Source of the DNA: an uncultured Gammaproteobacteria bacterium
Lineage (GTDB): Bacteria > Patescibacteriota > Patescibacteriia > SG8-24
DNA length: 64,000 nucleotides
Reading direction: 5' to 3'
NCBI GenBank assembly: GCA_964491475.1
Contig: CAZBFO010000004.1
Span: 3,290 to 67,289, forward strand
Shown: positions 11,283 to 21,982 of the stretch, piece after piece
Position numbering within the stretch: position 1 is the stretch's first letter
Layout of the letters: each line of letters starts with the position of its first letter
Made by a program: the position numbers and the translations under genes
The notes under the pieces: generated by a model
Database searches by the model: none
Told to the model about the DNA's origin: nothing
What the model saw: the letters and a program-made list of their open reading frames with translations, nothing else

Positions 11283-12095
11283 ATGAAACCCATTGCCGGC
11301 ATCGCGCTCGTCGCGGCGCTCGCCTTCGCCAAAGAGGCGCGCGCCGACGACACATCCGCGGCATCTTCAGTACGCCTGGAGACGGGTTTCGGAACGTGGA
11401 TTTCCCACGGATCCGACAGCAGCCTCCGCCAGGCCCGCTTCACGCTCGCACCGGAGTTCGATTACGCCAACAGGCTCCGCATCGCGCCGTTCGTGCGGAT
11501 GACCAGCACGGAGATCGACCTGCTGCAGAAGAACAACATGGAGTTCGACGCCTCGCTGATGCTCCCGTGGCAGCCGTCGCTGGGAGCCCGCGTCTCGTAC
11601 GACCTCTTCCGGGCATGGCGCCTGCACTTCATCCTTCAGGGGGAATTTGAGACGCCGCTCGGCGAAAACCGCGCGCGCATCGAGACGTTCACTCCCAAGG
11701 GCAAGATCGCCAACCAGCAGATCGACCTGGAGGCGTTGCGCAACCACGTCACCATCGATCACCGCTGGCGCTCCCTCCAGGGAGCGCTGCGGGTGAAGGG
11801 CGACTTCGGCTGGGTGCATCCGTACGTCGATCTCGGATACCTGTCCATCGACGGTCGTCTGGCGGTCAACTTCGACGCCACCTCGACGACGATGCTGAAG
11901 GGGGCGAACCTGTCGCCCGACCGGCACTACGACGCCGGCGGCAACTCGCTCTTCTACATGGCCGGAACGGAAATCGACCTCGGCAAGGGGTTCCAGCTCC
12001 GTCTCAACGGCACCATGATTCCTTCGGGTCATCGCACGTTTTACGCGGGAGAGGCGTTCCTCGTCATCCCGCTCAACCTTCACTTCGGAAACTAG
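11283..12095 (+). CDS. Putative beta-barrel protein, paralog 2
   Basis: Promoter TTGACC-17-TACCGT (11168-11196), GAGGT SD, signal peptide ending AKEARA-D, amphipathic strands. Confidence 0.75.
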   Translation: MKPIAGIALVAALAFAKEARADDTSAASSVRLETGFGTWISHGSDSSLRQARFTLAPEFDYANRLRIAPFVRMTSTEIDLLQKNNMEFDASLMLPWQPSLGARVSYDLFRAWRLHFILQGEFETPLGENRARIETFTPKGKIANQQIDLEALRNHVTIDHRWRSLQGALRVKGDFGWVHPYVDLGYLSIDGRLAVNFDATSTTMLKGANLSPDRHYDAGGNSLFYMAGTEIDLGKGFQLRLNGTMIPSGHRTFYAGEAFLVIPLNLHFGN

Positions 12096-12203
12096 GCGGC
12101 TCCCCTCTTTGGGGGCCGTTTTTGTTTTCGTTTGACAGGGCTGCTGCAGCCGCTACCGTGAGTGCAGAGTGCTCTTTGCCCGTCGCCTCGAAAGGAGGGC
12201 GCC

Positions 12204-12941
12204 GTGACACGAACGTTTGGCGTCGTGCTCCTTTTTGCGTTCACCGTGGCGACGCGCGCGCAAGCGGCGGACCCGCCCGAATCCCTGCATCCGGACGAAT
12301 GCGTCATTTCGTCCAGCGCCCCGCAGCCGCCCAACTACGGATTTTCCGTTTCGTTTCCGCCCTGCCTGGTGCCTCGGTGGTCGCCGGTCGCAGCCGTCGC
12401 GGCAAACGACAACCGCAGGCTCCTGGCTGTCCCCCTGTCGGAGGAAAAAAAGGGGCCGCCGCCGGCACCGATCGTCGAGCAGCCCGGCCTGATTCCCATC
12501 CTCGCCGCTAACGGTGCCCTGCTTCGAAGCGACCTGTCATTGCCGGTGCTGAACCTGGTGGGCAGGACGCTGCTTCCCAAGACCTTCCCCAAGTTCGTCA
12601 GTCTCGAAAAGGACTGGCGCACCTCGCAGGGGCTGCTCCGGTTGCACGCGAACATCGGACGGGTGCACCCCTTCGTCGAGGGCAGCATGATCGTCGTCGA
12701 CGGGCGCATCATCAACCTGCTCCTCTCCGACCCGAACCCGTCGCCGGTGCTGCGCGAGGATCGCCGGGTGTCCGAACTGCTGTTCCTGGGCGCGGCGCGA
12801 TCGCCGTATTGGTTCGGCGGCGTCATCATCGACCTCGGCAAGGGATTCGCCGTCGGCATCGGCGGTACCGCGCTGTACGTCGACCGCCCTTTTTACGCCG
12901 GCGCGCTCATCCTGACGGTTCCGCTGGCCCCCCAACGCTGA
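12204..12941 (+). CDS. Putative beta-barrel-related protein, paralog 3 (Pro-rich N-terminal half)
   Basis: TTGACA-16-TACCGT promoter, AAGGAGG SD, GTG start, signal peptide ending RAQA-A; C-half aligns with paralog 2 (WR..QG.LR....G.VHP, IDLGKGF, FYAG). Confidence 0.72.
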   Translation: MTRTFGVVLLFAFTVATRAQAADPPESLHPDECVISSSAPQPPNYGFSVSFPPCLVPRWSPVAAVAANDNRRLLAVPLSEEKKGPPPAPIVEQPGLIPILAANGALLRSDLSLPVLNLVGRTLLPKTFPKFVSLEKDWRTSQGLLRLHANIGRVHPFVEGSMIVVDGRIINLLLSDPNPSPVLREDRRVSELLFLGAARSPYWFGGVIIDLGKGFAVGIGGTALYVDRPFYAGALILTVPLAPQR

Positions 12942-12945
12942 ACTG

Positions 12946-12978
12946 AAAAGCGGCCCCTTTGCGGGAGCCGCCTTTTTT
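12946..12978. terminator. Bidirectional terminator between paralog 3 and trxB
   Basis: AAAAG-CGGC...GCCG-CCTTTTTT between convergent genes. Confidence 0.65.
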
Positions 12979-13915
12979 ATTCTCCGCGCTCCTTCATTTC
13001 CATCGCCTCGACGTACCGCTGGGCGTCCAGCGCCGCCGCGCATCCGCTGCCGGCCGCAGTGATGGCCTGCCGATACTTCCAATCGGCCACGTCGCCTGCC
13101 ACGAACACGCCGGAAACGTTGGTTTCCGAGACGTTCTTGGTCTTGATGTAACCGCGCTCGTCGAGCTCGATGACGCCCTTGAACAGGTCCACGCTGGGCA
13201 CCAGCCCGATGGCCAGGAACATGCCGTCGCAGGCCAGGTCGCGGGTGTCCCCCGCCACCGAATCCTTCAGGCGCAGGCCGGTGACGTGCCCGGCATCGAC
13301 GCCCAGCACTTCCTCGACGGCGACATTGAAGATGAACTCGATCTTGGGATTCATCTTGCAGCGCTCGGCCATGATCTTAGAGGCGCGCAGCTTGTCGGTG
13401 CGGACCAGCACGTACACCTTGGAGGCGAAGCGCGCGATGAACATGGCTTCCTCCATGGCAGAGTCGCCGCCGCCGACCACGGCGACCACCTTGTTCTTGA
13501 AGAAGAAGGCGTCGCAGGTGGCGCAGGCCGAGATGCCCTTGCCCCACAGCGCCTCCTCGCTGGGTATGCCGAGCTTGCGGTGCATCGCGCCAGTGGAAAT
13601 GATGACCGTCTTGGCCTCCTCCGTGCGGTTGCCGGCGGTGACCTTGAGCGGCGTCGACGAGAAGTCGATGGCGGTGACGTTCTCGCTGACCAGCTCGGCG
13701 CCGAAGCGCTTGGCCTGCTCGCGCATCTCGCCCATCAGCTCCGGTCCCAATATGCCCTTGGCGAATCCCGGATAGTTCTCGACGTCCGTGGTGGTCATGA
13801 GCTGGCCGCCGTAGGTGACGCCTTCGAATACCAGCGGTTTGAGGTCGGCGCGTCCGGCATAGACGGCTGCGGTGTAGCCGGCAGGACCGGCGCCGATGAT
13901 GATGACGTTTCGCAT
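12977..13915 (-). CDS. trxB: Thioredoxin-disulfide reductase
   Basis: GAGPAG, GGQL, CATCD, VGGGDSA, RQAITAAGSG. Confidence 0.97.
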   Translation of the reverse strand: MRNVIIIGAGPAGYTAAVYAGRADLKPLVFEGVTYGGQLMTTTDVENYPGFAKGILGPELMGEMREQAKRFGAELVSENVTAIDFSSTPLKVTAGNRTEEAKTVIISTGAMHRKLGIPSEEALWGKGISACATCDAFFFKNKVVAVVGGGDSAMEEAMFIARFASKVYVLVRTDKLRASKIMAERCKMNPKIEFIFNVAVEEVLGVDAGHVTGLRLKDSVAGDTRDLACDGMFLAIGLVPSVDLFKGVIELDERGYIKTKNVSETNVSGVFVAGDVADWKYRQAITAAGSGCAAALDAQRYVEAMEMKERGE

Positions 13916-13919
13916 AGCG

Positions 13920-14240
13920 TTACATTGCCTTCTTCAGGGCTTCCAAATACTTCTCCTTGGTCTGCGTGCCGACCAGCTGCGCGACCACCTTGCCGCCCTT
14001 GAAGACCATCACGGCGGGAATGCTCATGATGCCGAACTGCTGCGACAACGACGTGTTCTCGTCTACGTTGACCTTGCCGACCTTGGCGCCCTTGCCGTCG
14101 AGTTCGGCGGCGATTTCCTCGATCATCGGGCCGATCATGCGGCACGGGCCGCACCACGGGGCCCAGAAGTCGACCATGACGGGCACCGGCGACTTGAGGA
14201 CTTCGGCGTCAAAGTTTTCTTGGGTGAAAGTGTTGGCCAT
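13920..14240 (-). CDS. trxA: Thioredoxin
   Basis: [10 protein letters not shown]; start trimmed to 14240. Confidence 0.97.
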   Translation of the reverse strand: MANTFTQENFDAEVLKSPVPVMVDFWAPWCGPCRMIGPMIEEIAAELDGKGAKVGKVNVDENTSLSQQFGIMSIPAVMVFKGGKVVAQLVGTQTKEKYLEALKKAM

Positions 14241-14344
14241 AAGTTTGATGATAAGTAGGGTGGGACCGAAGTATAAATCCGAGGACCAAAAAGGGGAAGT
14301 GCGTACATCGTACCACTTCCCCCTCCCCTGCTCCATCAGGGATT

Positions 14345-16342
14345 TTACGCCGTAAACACGAGCTTCTTCTCGCGGCGCTCTTCCTTGAATACCTCCAGGC
14401 GATCGCCGACCAGCGCCGGGCGGCGGATGGAAACCTTGAGACCGCACTCCTGGCCCATGCGGACCTCCTTGGTGTCCTGCTTGCCGGACTGCAGTTGGAG
14501 GATCTTGCCTTCGTCGACCGGGTCCGTGCCGCGGTAGACCACGACGTTGGCGCCCGGTTCCAGATGGCCGTCGGTGACGCGGCCGCCGATGACGTGGCCG
14601 GTCTTGTCGCTGCGGAAGATGGCCAGCACCTCGAGCTTGCCGAGGTCGGTGCGGATGACTTCTGCCGGCACCAGGGCCTGCAGGCGCTTCTTCACCTCGT
14701 CGAACAGCTCGTAGATGATCTTGTACTGGAGCACGTCGACCTTCTTGTCGCGGGCGTAAATCTGCGCCTCGCGCGTGACGTTGACGTTGAATGCCATGAC
14801 GACGCCGCCGGTGGCCTCTGCGCGCGAGACATCGCCGTCGGAGACGTTGCCGAGGCCGCGACCGACGATGGCCACGCCGACTTCCTCGGACTTGTATTTC
14901 TCGAGCGTGCCGACGATGGCCTCGAGCGAACCCAACGCGTCGGTTTTCAAGACGACGTTCAGGAACTTCTTGCCGCCCTCCTTTTCTTCCTCCTGCTTGG
15001 AGAACGAGGTCGGAGCCGTCTGCTTCTCGACGGTGTATTGCTTCTTGAGCTTGTTCAGGGCGCTGGCGTCTTCGGGGACCTGGACGATGTCTCCCACCTG
15101 CGGGGCCACCTTGAAGCCGATGACCTTCACCGGCGTGCCGGGGACGGCCTTTTCGACCAGCTTGCCGTTCCAATCCTTCATGGCACGGACGCGGCCGTAC
15201 AGGTTGCCGGCAATGGCCAGCTCCTGGTTGCGGCGAAGCGTGCCGGACTGCACCAAAGCCGTGGCGACCGGGCCTTCGCCCTTGTCGATGTGCGACTCGA
15301 TGATGGTGCCGATGGCCAAGCGGTCAGGGTTGGCTTTGACCTTTTCGGGGTCCAAGTCGGCTGTCAGCAAAATCATGTCGAGCAGCTGCTCCACGCCCGC
15401 ACCGGTCTTGGCAGACACCGGAACAAAGGTGACCTTGCCGCCCCATTCTTCGGGAATGACGTTCTTTTCGGACAACTGGGTCTTCACCAGCTGCAAGTCC
15501 ACGCCCGGCTTGTCCATCTTGTTGAGCGCGACGACGAAGGGAATCTTGGCGGCCTCGATGATCTTGATGACTTCGACCGTCTGGGGCTGCACGCCGTCAT
15601 CGGCGGCGACGACCAAAATGGCCACGTCGGCGACGCGCGCGCCGCGCGAGCGCATGACGGTAAAGGCCTCATGGCCCGGGGTGTCGATGAAGGTGATGTT
15701 GCGGCCGTTGCGCTCCACCTGGTACGCGCCGATGTGCTGGGTGATGCCGCCGGCTTCGCCCTTGGCGACGTTCTGGGTGCGAATCCTGTCCAACAGCGAG
15801 GTCTTGCCATGGTCGACGTGACCCATCACGACCACGACCGGCGGGCGGGGCTTGAGCTTGTGGGCTTCCTCGGCCTCCAGCATGGTCTTGAGGTCGTCAG
15901 CCGACATGCTCCCCTCTGCCTGCTGGTCCTTCTCGGCTTCCCGGCTGACGCCGTAACCTAAGTCCTCGGCCACGATGCTGGCCGTCTCGAAATCGATGCG
16001 CTCGTTGATGGTGGCGAGGATGCCGTTCTTCATCAGCTCGGCGATCACCAAGTTGAGCGGCAGCGCCATCTTGGCGGCGAAGTCGCGGACGGTGATGACC
16101 TTGGGCAGCTCGATCGATTTTACCTGCGCGATGGCCTCCTCCTTGATCTTCTCCTCCTTCTGGTACTTCACCTTGAGGCGGTCGAGCTTCCGCATCTCGG
16201 ACCACTTTTCCATGATCTTGTTGACCAGGCGGTCGTCGACCTTGATGGCCTTGCGACCGACGTCAAAACCGAGCATCGGGAGTTTTTCTCGAAGCTCTTC
16301 GGGGTTGGTGCGGAGTCGGCGGGCAAGTTCGGAGATGTTCAT
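14345..16342 (-). CDS. infB: Translation initiation factor IF-2
   Basis: [30 protein letters not shown]. Confidence 0.98.
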   Translation of the reverse strand: MNISELARRLRTNPEELREKLPMLGFDVGRKAIKVDDRLVNKIMEKWSEMRKLDRLKVKYQKEEKIKEEAIAQVKSIELPKVITVRDFAAKMALPLNLVIAELMKNGILATINERIDFETASIVAEDLGYGVSREAEKDQQAEGSMSADDLKTMLEAEEAHKLKPRPPVVVVMGHVDHGKTSLLDRIRTQNVAKGEAGGITQHIGAYQVERNGRNITFIDTPGHEAFTVMRSRGARVADVAILVVAADDGVQPQTVEVIKIIEAAKIPFVVALNKMDKPGVDLQLVKTQLSEKNVIPEEWGGKVTFVPVSAKTGAGVEQLLDMILLTADLDPEKVKANPDRLAIGTIIESHIDKGEGPVATALVQSGTLRRNQELAIAGNLYGRVRAMKDWNGKLVEKAVPGTPVKVIGFKVAPQVGDIVQVPEDASALNKLKKQYTVEKQTAPTSFSKQEEEKEGGKKFLNVVLKTDALGSLEAIVGTLEKYKSEEVGVAIVGRGLGNVSDGDVSRAEATGGVVMAFNVNVTREAQIYARDKKVDVLQYKIIYELFDEVKKRLQALVPAEVIRTDLGKLEVLAIFRSDKTGHVIGGRVTDGHLEPGANVVVYRGTDPVDEGKILQLQSGKQDTKEVRMGQECGLKVSIRRPALVGDRLEVFKEERREKKLVFTA

Positions 16343-16439
16343 GTGAGGACGGAGGGATGGACGGAATGCCGCTTATGTGGGTGAATACTATAGTTAAGCT
16401 GGCCTTGCGTCAATGGCTTGAGCCCATTATTTAGCCAAA

Positions 16440-17120
16440 ATGGACGGTTTTCTCCTCATCGACAAACCGGCCGGAATCACCTCGTTCGGCGTAATCGCTA
16501 GGTTGCGCCGCATTACGGGGGTCCGCCGCATCGGCCACGCCGGCACCCTCGACCCGTTCGCCACGGGCCTTTTGATCGTGGGCGTGGGCCGAGGAGCCAC
16601 CAAGCACCTGGCCGACTACCTCGGTCAGCGCAAAACTTACGAAGCCGTGGCCGTGCTCGGCGCCACCACGGTCACCCAAGACAAGGACAGCAACGTCGTT
16701 CCCACCGAAGGCGCGACGATGCCGACCGAGGAGGAAATTCGCGCCGCGCTCCCCCGCTTCACCGGCGAACTGTCCCAAACGCCGCCGATGTTCTCGGCCA
16801 AGAAAATCGACGGCAAACGGCTGTACGAGCTGGCACGCGAAGGGGTAGAGGTAGACCGCAAGTCCGTCACCGTTACCATATACGACTTGGAAATGCTCTC
16901 GTACCAGCCGCCCAAGCTCTCCTTCCGCACGACCGTTTCTGCCGGTACCTACGTCCGCACGTTGGCGCACGACATCGGCGCAGCCCTCGGCTGTGGCGCG
17001 TACCTCGAAGCGCTCCGCCGCACCAAGATCGGCGACTATGCCGTCGAAAACGCGTCGACGCTCGATGCGCTGACCGCGGACAACTGGCAGGCGCGTCTCT
17101 TGCCGATCGTTTCGCGGTAA
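16440..17120 (+). CDS. truB: tRNA pseudouridine(55) synthase
   Basis: IDKPAGITS, GHAGTLDPFATG, GTYVRTL. Confidence 0.96.
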   Translation: MDGFLLIDKPAGITSFGVIARLRRITGVRRIGHAGTLDPFATGLLIVGVGRGATKHLADYLGQRKTYEAVAVLGATTVTQDKDSNVVPTEGATMPTEEEIRAALPRFTGELSQTPPMFSAKKIDGKRLYELAREGVEVDRKSVTVTIYDLEMLSYQPPKLSFRTTVSAGTYVRTLAHDIGAALGCGAYLEALRRTKIGDYAVENASTLDALTADNWQARLLPIVSR

Positions 17121-17199
17121 AAATGCCGGTGGAGCGACTGGACTCGACGGCGAGTTATTGCTATCTTCCCCACCGCGTTCTTTCGCCCAAGGAGGGCAA

Positions 17200-17925
17200 A
17201 TGAAGCAGGCGACGAAGGAAACCGTGTACAAAGTGCTGGTGGCTGCCGCGATGGTCACGCCGCCCTGGAACGTCTTCTGGTGGACCGTGGGCGGCATCGT
17301 CTATGCCGTCAGCGGCGGAAAAGGCTGGGACACATCCGGCGACGGCGCCCTGGCCGTGGTGATCGGCGCGCCGGTCACGCTGCCGATGCTGCCGTTCATG
17401 CTGCTCAAGGATCGGCGCGAACTGCGGGAACGTGAAAAGCGACAGGCGCTCTACGCGAAAGCGGCCACGTGGATCGCGACGGAGCTTGCCAGGAGCGGCA
17501 TCGCGGTCCAAAAACACGGTGCCGGCTTCATGGGCGTCGACGTCACGGCGACGCCAGACGGTCCCAGCCAAGAGAACGAACATGCCGTGATCTACGCGCT
17601 GGCGGTGCGCCGTTTCGCGTCCGAAGGACTGACCATCGACGAAATCTGCGAACGCGCGGAGCCGCTGCACACCCTCGACCGCACCTGGGCCAAGGTCAAC
17701 GGCTTCACGGCCTGGGCCGAAGAGGTCTTCACCAAGAACTGCGTCGACTGCGGCCAACGGCTGTCGCTCGGCTGGTTCTTCGGAGGAGCGGCCGACGGCA
17801 TGCGAAGGCTGGAAAGTCGGCATCGTTCCCGCATCGCCCTCAAGGACGGCAGCGAACGGGTCGTCGACGGCCACATCTGCCGGGAATGCCTGGAAAAAAT
17901 CGACTACCGCTTCATCAGCAGCTGA
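17200..17925 (+). CDS. Hypothetical membrane protein with a C-terminal Cys4 zinc-finger-like motif
   Basis: AAGGAGG SD; N-terminal hydrophobic segments; CVDC...HICREC. Confidence 0.7.
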   Translation: MKQATKETVYKVLVAAAMVTPPWNVFWWTVGGIVYAVSGGKGWDTSGDGALAVVIGAPVTLPMLPFMLLKDRRELREREKRQALYAKAATWIATELARSGIAVQKHGAGFMGVDVTATPDGPSQENEHAVIYALAVRRFASEGLTIDEICERAEPLHTLDRTWAKVNGFTAWAEEVFTKNCVDCGQRLSLGWFFGGAADGMRRLESRHRSRIALKDGSERVVDGHICRECLEKIDYRFISS

Positions 17926-17987
17926 ACGGAACCGACCCCAAACGAAAACGACGGCGCTTGCCGTCGTTTTTTCTTTTTCGTCTTGCG

Positions 17988-19511
17988 CTAGTTCGCCAGG
18001 AAGATCGTCTTGAGCGCGTCGTACACGGGCTTCTTGCTGCCGTCGTAACGGTACATGCCGAAGAAGTTTTCGGTAGTGACCGTCGAGGTGCCCAAGTCGG
18101 TGTAGGTGTGCCAGAAGAATCCCCCGATCAGCGGGTCGGCCAAGGACAGCGACAGCGCCTCCCTGCCGATGGCCGCCTGCAGGTCCTCGCTCACGTGATC
18201 CGGGCTGTTGGCAAGGTTGTAGTCGGCGGTCGTGGCGAGCGCGCCGGGACCGTTCGTCGGAGCGCCGACCTCGGTGATCCAGATCTTCTTGGTGCCGTCG
18301 CCGTTGCCGTTCATGATGCTGCGGAGGCTGACGCTGGTACTTGACATCTGCTGCCAGGCGTTCCATTCGGCTTTATACGAAGGGAGCACCGGGAACGAGT
18401 ACGGGTGGAAGGCGACTGCATCCATCGAGGGACCGACGCCCAAGGCGTAGGCCTGGGACAGGAAGTCGCGCGGCGAAACGTCGCCGTTGCCGGTCGCGGC
18501 CGGGGCCAGACCGCCGAGCAGCACGGTTGCCGAAGGGTCGCTCTTGCGAACCGCCGGCGCCGCCAGCTTCAGCAGGGCGACGTAATCGGCGACCGCCGAA
18601 GGCGACTGCCAGAAGACGTGCACGTTCTCCTCGTTCCAAATCTCATAGGCGTGCACGCCCATCGGGGCGTAGCGAGCCGCGGCAGTGCCGGCGAATGTGG
18701 CGAACGCGGCAGGATCAGCGGGAGCGCAGCGCGGTGCCGTGCAACCCGATGCGCGAGCCCAAGCCGGCGAGTAGGCCACGACGGCCAACGGCTTCAAACC
18801 ATGCGCGATCGCGGCTTTCACGAAGGTGTCAGGGCCGGTCCAGCTGAAGGAGGCGCTGCTGGTCTGCTGCACTTCGCTCCAGTCGATGTCGAAGCGCACC
18901 CAGGTGACGCCCATCGAGACCATGTCGTTGAGGCGGTTGTTCATCTCGGTGCTCGACAGTCCCATCATGGTCGTGCCGACGGCCATGCCGAAAGGATGCG
19001 TCGAAGCGCTGGAGGCGACCAGCGTGCCGCTGATGGGAGCGGTGCCGGTGCCCGAACCGGAGGTCGGCGCCGTGTTCGTGTTGGTCGGGACGGTATTGGT
19101 ATTGGTCGGCGCCGTGTTGGCGTTGACGACGACCGTGTTGGCGTTTGCGGGAGAAGTATTCGTATTGGTCGGCGCGGGAGAGGGCGTGATCGGAGCGGTA
19201 ACGGGAGAAGTGGCGGGCTTGCGGTAACGCGTACGGGCGTATGTTGCGGCGCGCAGCACCTCTTCCTCGCTGGTGTCGAGGCCGTTCAGCCTGTCCGCCA
19301 GCTTTTTCAGCGCGGACACTTCGGTAGGAACCGCAGCCACGCTCTGGACGCGCGGCAGATCGGATACATCGGGCAGCTCGGGTGCGCGCACCGCCTGCTG
19401 AAGAAGGACGGCCACGGCCGCAATGGTAAAAAGGGCCACTAAACCGTATGCAGCCCCGTTGCGCCATCGCGTGTTGTCCGACGAACGTCGCTCTTGTGGT
19501 GTGTTTGGCAT
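17988..19511 (-). CDS. Membrane-anchored glycoside hydrolase, clan GH-A (GH5/GH39-like)
   Basis: WVRFDIDW, YEIWNEEN (acid/base), AFHPY, IWITEVG (nucleophile); TM anchor and Thr/Asn/Pro-rich linker. Confidence 0.88.
   Translation of the reverse strand: MPNTPQERRSSDNTRWRNGAAYGLVALFTIAAVAVLLQQAVRAPELPDVSDLPRVQSVAAVPTEVSALKKLADRLNGLDTSEEEVLRAATYARTRYRKPATSPVTAPITPSPAPTNTNTSPANANTVVVNANTAPTNTNTVPTNTNTAPTSGSGTGTAPISGTLVASSASTHPFGMAVGTTMMGLSSTEMNNRLNDMVSMGVTWVRFDIDWSEVQQTSSASFSWTGPDTFVKAAIAHGLKPLAVVAYSPAWARASGCTAPRCAPADPAAFATFAGTAAARYAPMGVHAYEIWNEENVHVFWQSPSAVADYVALLKLAAPAVRKSDPSATVLLGGLAPAATGNGDVSPRDFLSQAYALGVGPSMDAVAFHPYSFPVLPSYKAEWNAWQQMSSTSVSLRSIMNGNGDGTKKIWITEVGAPTNGPGALATTADYNLANSPDHVSEDLQAAIGREALSLSLADPLIGGFFWHTYTDLGTSTVTTENFFGMYRYDGSKKPVYDALKTIFLAN
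19066..19176 (-). repeat. Coding tandem repeats (PTNTNT/NANT) in the GH linker
   Basis: PTNTNTSPANANTVVVNANTAPTNTNTVPTNTNTAPT; boundaries approximate. Confidence 0.7.
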
Positions 19512-19537
19512 ACGTGTCCGGTTAAGTGTCCTTTTTG

Positions 19538-21982
19538 TCAGGATAGCACGGCGTTTTGCCTCGATAAAGCTGCCGATTTCCGGCTTAAAACGTACAGTAT
19601 CAGGCCGCAGAGCGCCGTGATGGCGTTTCCGACGATCCAAGCGAAACCGATGCCGGCGAGGCCAAAGCGGAGGAAGGCGTTGGCAAAACCGATGAGGGCG
19701 GCAGCATACACGACGTTGGTGATGACCAAAGCTTTCAGGTTCTTGCTGATGCGGAATAGCGCCGTATAGAAGGACACGATCGCCACGGGCACGCACGCCA
19801 AGGTGATGAGGTCCAAAAAGCGAATGCCGCCGGTGCCGTAGTTCTTGCCGAACATTCGCAGCAGCCACTCGCCGAAGAGCAGCAGGAAAGCCGCGGCGGC
19901 GGCCAAGGCAGGCGCCATGATTCCGATCGCCTTTCGGATATGCCGCTTCAGTTCGGTCTGATCGTGAGAACCCTCGGCGAACAGCGAACGAGTAGTGGCC
20001 CAAGCGACGGTATAGAGCATGTTGCCTATCATCATCACGACGTAAAAATAGGCGGAGCTTGCGGGACCGAGCCTGTTGGTGATCAGAATCGGCAAATACG
20101 TCACCGGAATCAGGTTGAATGCGCCGGCGAAATAATTGCCGGCGCAGTACTTTGCCACCAGTTTTATGACACGGCCGTCCAGCCGCAACTGCGGCCGGTA
20201 TCCCATGTGCCGAATCAGCGCAGCCATGCTCAACGTGAACCCGATGACCTGCGCGAGCGCTGCGGCCAGGTAGATGCCGGTGGCGCCAAGGCTGACGAAA
20301 AACAGCGGGAACATCATCTTGGCGAAGCTGAAGATGGTGTTGATTGCCAGGGTATATTCCGCCTTGCGGTAGGCGAGGAAAACCGAATCCGTGATGATGT
20401 TCAGCGCCATCAGGATGGCGAAGAGCACGAACGCCGCGCTGTACAACGGCGACTGGCGCACGAACGTCAGGCTCGGCGAAATCAGGTGTACGAGCGCGAT
20501 GAAACCGGACGCCAGCAGGAGGGCAGTGACGCTCACCACCAAAAAGCCGGTATTGAGCTTCTGGTTGCGAGTTTCGGACGTCGGAAGGAAGCGCACGAAG
20601 GCCATGTCGAAACCGGCCAGCGAGAGCGTGGCGATCAGGTTCATGATGGCGATCAGCGTTGTCGCCACGCCGATGTCCGCCGCGCCGTACAGGCGGGCAT
20701 TGATGAGCCAGAAGAAGAAACCGAAACCGGCCATCACGGCAGTCGCAAGCATGAGGCAGAGCGAATTCCGAAACAGCACGTCAGCGGAGAGCCTTTCGAG
20801 CAAGGACGGGACGATCCGGCGCAGCCCGCCCTTTCGCCGCACGCCCGTGGCCTCAATGCAGACGGCCTCGAGTTTTTTGGTAGCGGCAAGCCAGCTGCAG
20901 CTGCGTTCGACGTGACGCCGGGCGCGCTCCCCCATCTCCTTGCGCAGGGCGGAGTCAGCAAGAAGCGGAGCGATCGCCGCGGCCAGCGCCTCTGGAGACT
21001 CCGGCTGCGCGTAAGTGACGTTGTCGCCGAACTCCTCCCGCATTCCGCCGATGTCGGCAATGACGACTGCCTTTCCGCAAGCCAAATACTCGTAGACCTT
21101 GAAGGGAGATGTCGCCCCGGCGCGTATCCCGATCGGATAACAGATGCAGATGTCCGAGCTGCCGATGATTGCCGGCACTTCGGCATGAGCGACCGGCGGA
21201 TGCAGCCCGATGCGGTCGGCGAACGGCGAAGCGGCTACGAGCGATGCGATGCGCGGGCCCTCCGGGCCTTTGCCGGTGATGGAAAATCGGACGTCCGCGC
21301 GGCCGGCGCAGACGATTTCTGCGGCTTTCACGATATGCTCCACGCCTTGCCACGAAGCAAAGCTGCCGACATAGCCTACGACGATTTCTCCGTGGGTCGG
21401 TTTTGGCATCGGCTTGAAGACGTCAGTGTCGACGCCGCTCGAAACGAAGGTCACGCGATCGGCGGGAATGCCGTAGGTTGAGATGACGTGATCGCGAATG
21501 CCGGCGGTCACGCCGATCATTCTCTGGGAGTTTCTGAAATTGAAGAGTTCAAGCGCATGAAAGACGCGCAGAGCGGACAGCAACCGGTTGACCGCGCCTT
21601 TGTTGAAGCGGGCGTCATCGCCATACCTGCTGTTCACCTCCTGAACGATAGGCACGCCGAACGCCCTGGCCACGAGGGTCGGGACGAAAAGAAGGTGGCT
21701 GTGCCGAGAATAGATGAAATCTGGACGGCGAAGAACGATTTCGACGCCGAGCCTGACGAGCAATGACAGCTGATAAAACACCGCGAGCATCGCCCGTGGC
21801 GTACGAATGAGCACCGTGTCGATCGGTGCCAGGTACGGGCGCGTACCCGTCTTCGGCGCGAACAGGACCACTCGATGGCCGAGCAGCCTGAAATTACGGC
21901 ACACCTCCAGCACGTGCACGGCCGGAGCGAAGTCGTCATTGAAGTCGAAATCGGTGGTGTAGACGATGTTCATGCGACTCAT
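19538..21982 (-). CDS. GT4 glycosyltransferase fused to a Wzx-like polysaccharide flippase
   Basis: N-terminal GT-B domain (YVGSFASWQG, KVYEYLACGK); C-terminal multi-TM domain beginning LFRNSLCLMLATAVMAGFGFFFW. Confidence 0.88.
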   Translation of the reverse strand: MSRMNIVYTTDFDFNDDFAPAVHVLEVCRNFRLLGHRVVLFAPKTGTRPYLAPIDTVLIRTPRAMLAVFYQLSLLVRLGVEIVLRRPDFIYSRHSHLLFVPTLVARAFGVPIVQEVNSRYGDDARFNKGAVNRLLSALRVFHALELFNFRNSQRMIGVTAGIRDHVISTYGIPADRVTFVSSGVDTDVFKPMPKPTHGEIVVGYVGSFASWQGVEHIVKAAEIVCAGRADVRFSITGKGPEGPRIASLVAASPFADRIGLHPPVAHAEVPAIIGSSDICICYPIGIRAGATSPFKVYEYLACGKAVVIADIGGMREEFGDNVTYAQPESPEALAAAIAPLLADSALRKEMGERARRHVERSCSWLAATKKLEAVCIEATGVRRKGGLRRIVPSLLERLSADVLFRNSLCLMLATAVMAGFGFFFWLINARLYGAADIGVATTLIAIMNLIATLSLAGFDMAFVRFLPTSETRNQKLNTGFLVVSVTALLLASGFIALVHLISPSLTFVRQSPLYSAAFVLFAILMALNIITDSVFLAYRKAEYTLAINTIFSFAKMMFPLFFVSLGATGIYLAAALAQVIGFTLSMAALIRHMGYRPQLRLDGRVIKLVAKYCAGNYFAGAFNLIPVTYLPILITNRLGPASSAYFYVVMMIGNMLYTVAWATTRSLFAEGSHDQTELKRHIRKAIGIMAPALAAAAAFLLLFGEWLLRMFGKNYGTGGIRFLDLITLACVPVAIVSFYTALFRISKNLKALVITNVVYAAALIGFANAFLRFGLAGIGFAWIVGNAITALCGLILYVLSRKSAALSRQNAVLS

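Noticed and set aside
13920-15173. Apparent long N-terminal extension of trxA (likewise ORF-track extensions of comEC, ndk, the GH gene and 51231-52814)
   Set aside because: The extensions overlap other real genes in a different frame or strand; the true starts are downstream
19066-19176. Short repeats as a CRISPR array or DGR repeat
   Set aside because: They are in-frame Thr/Asn linker repeats with no spacer structure, and no cas or RT genes are present
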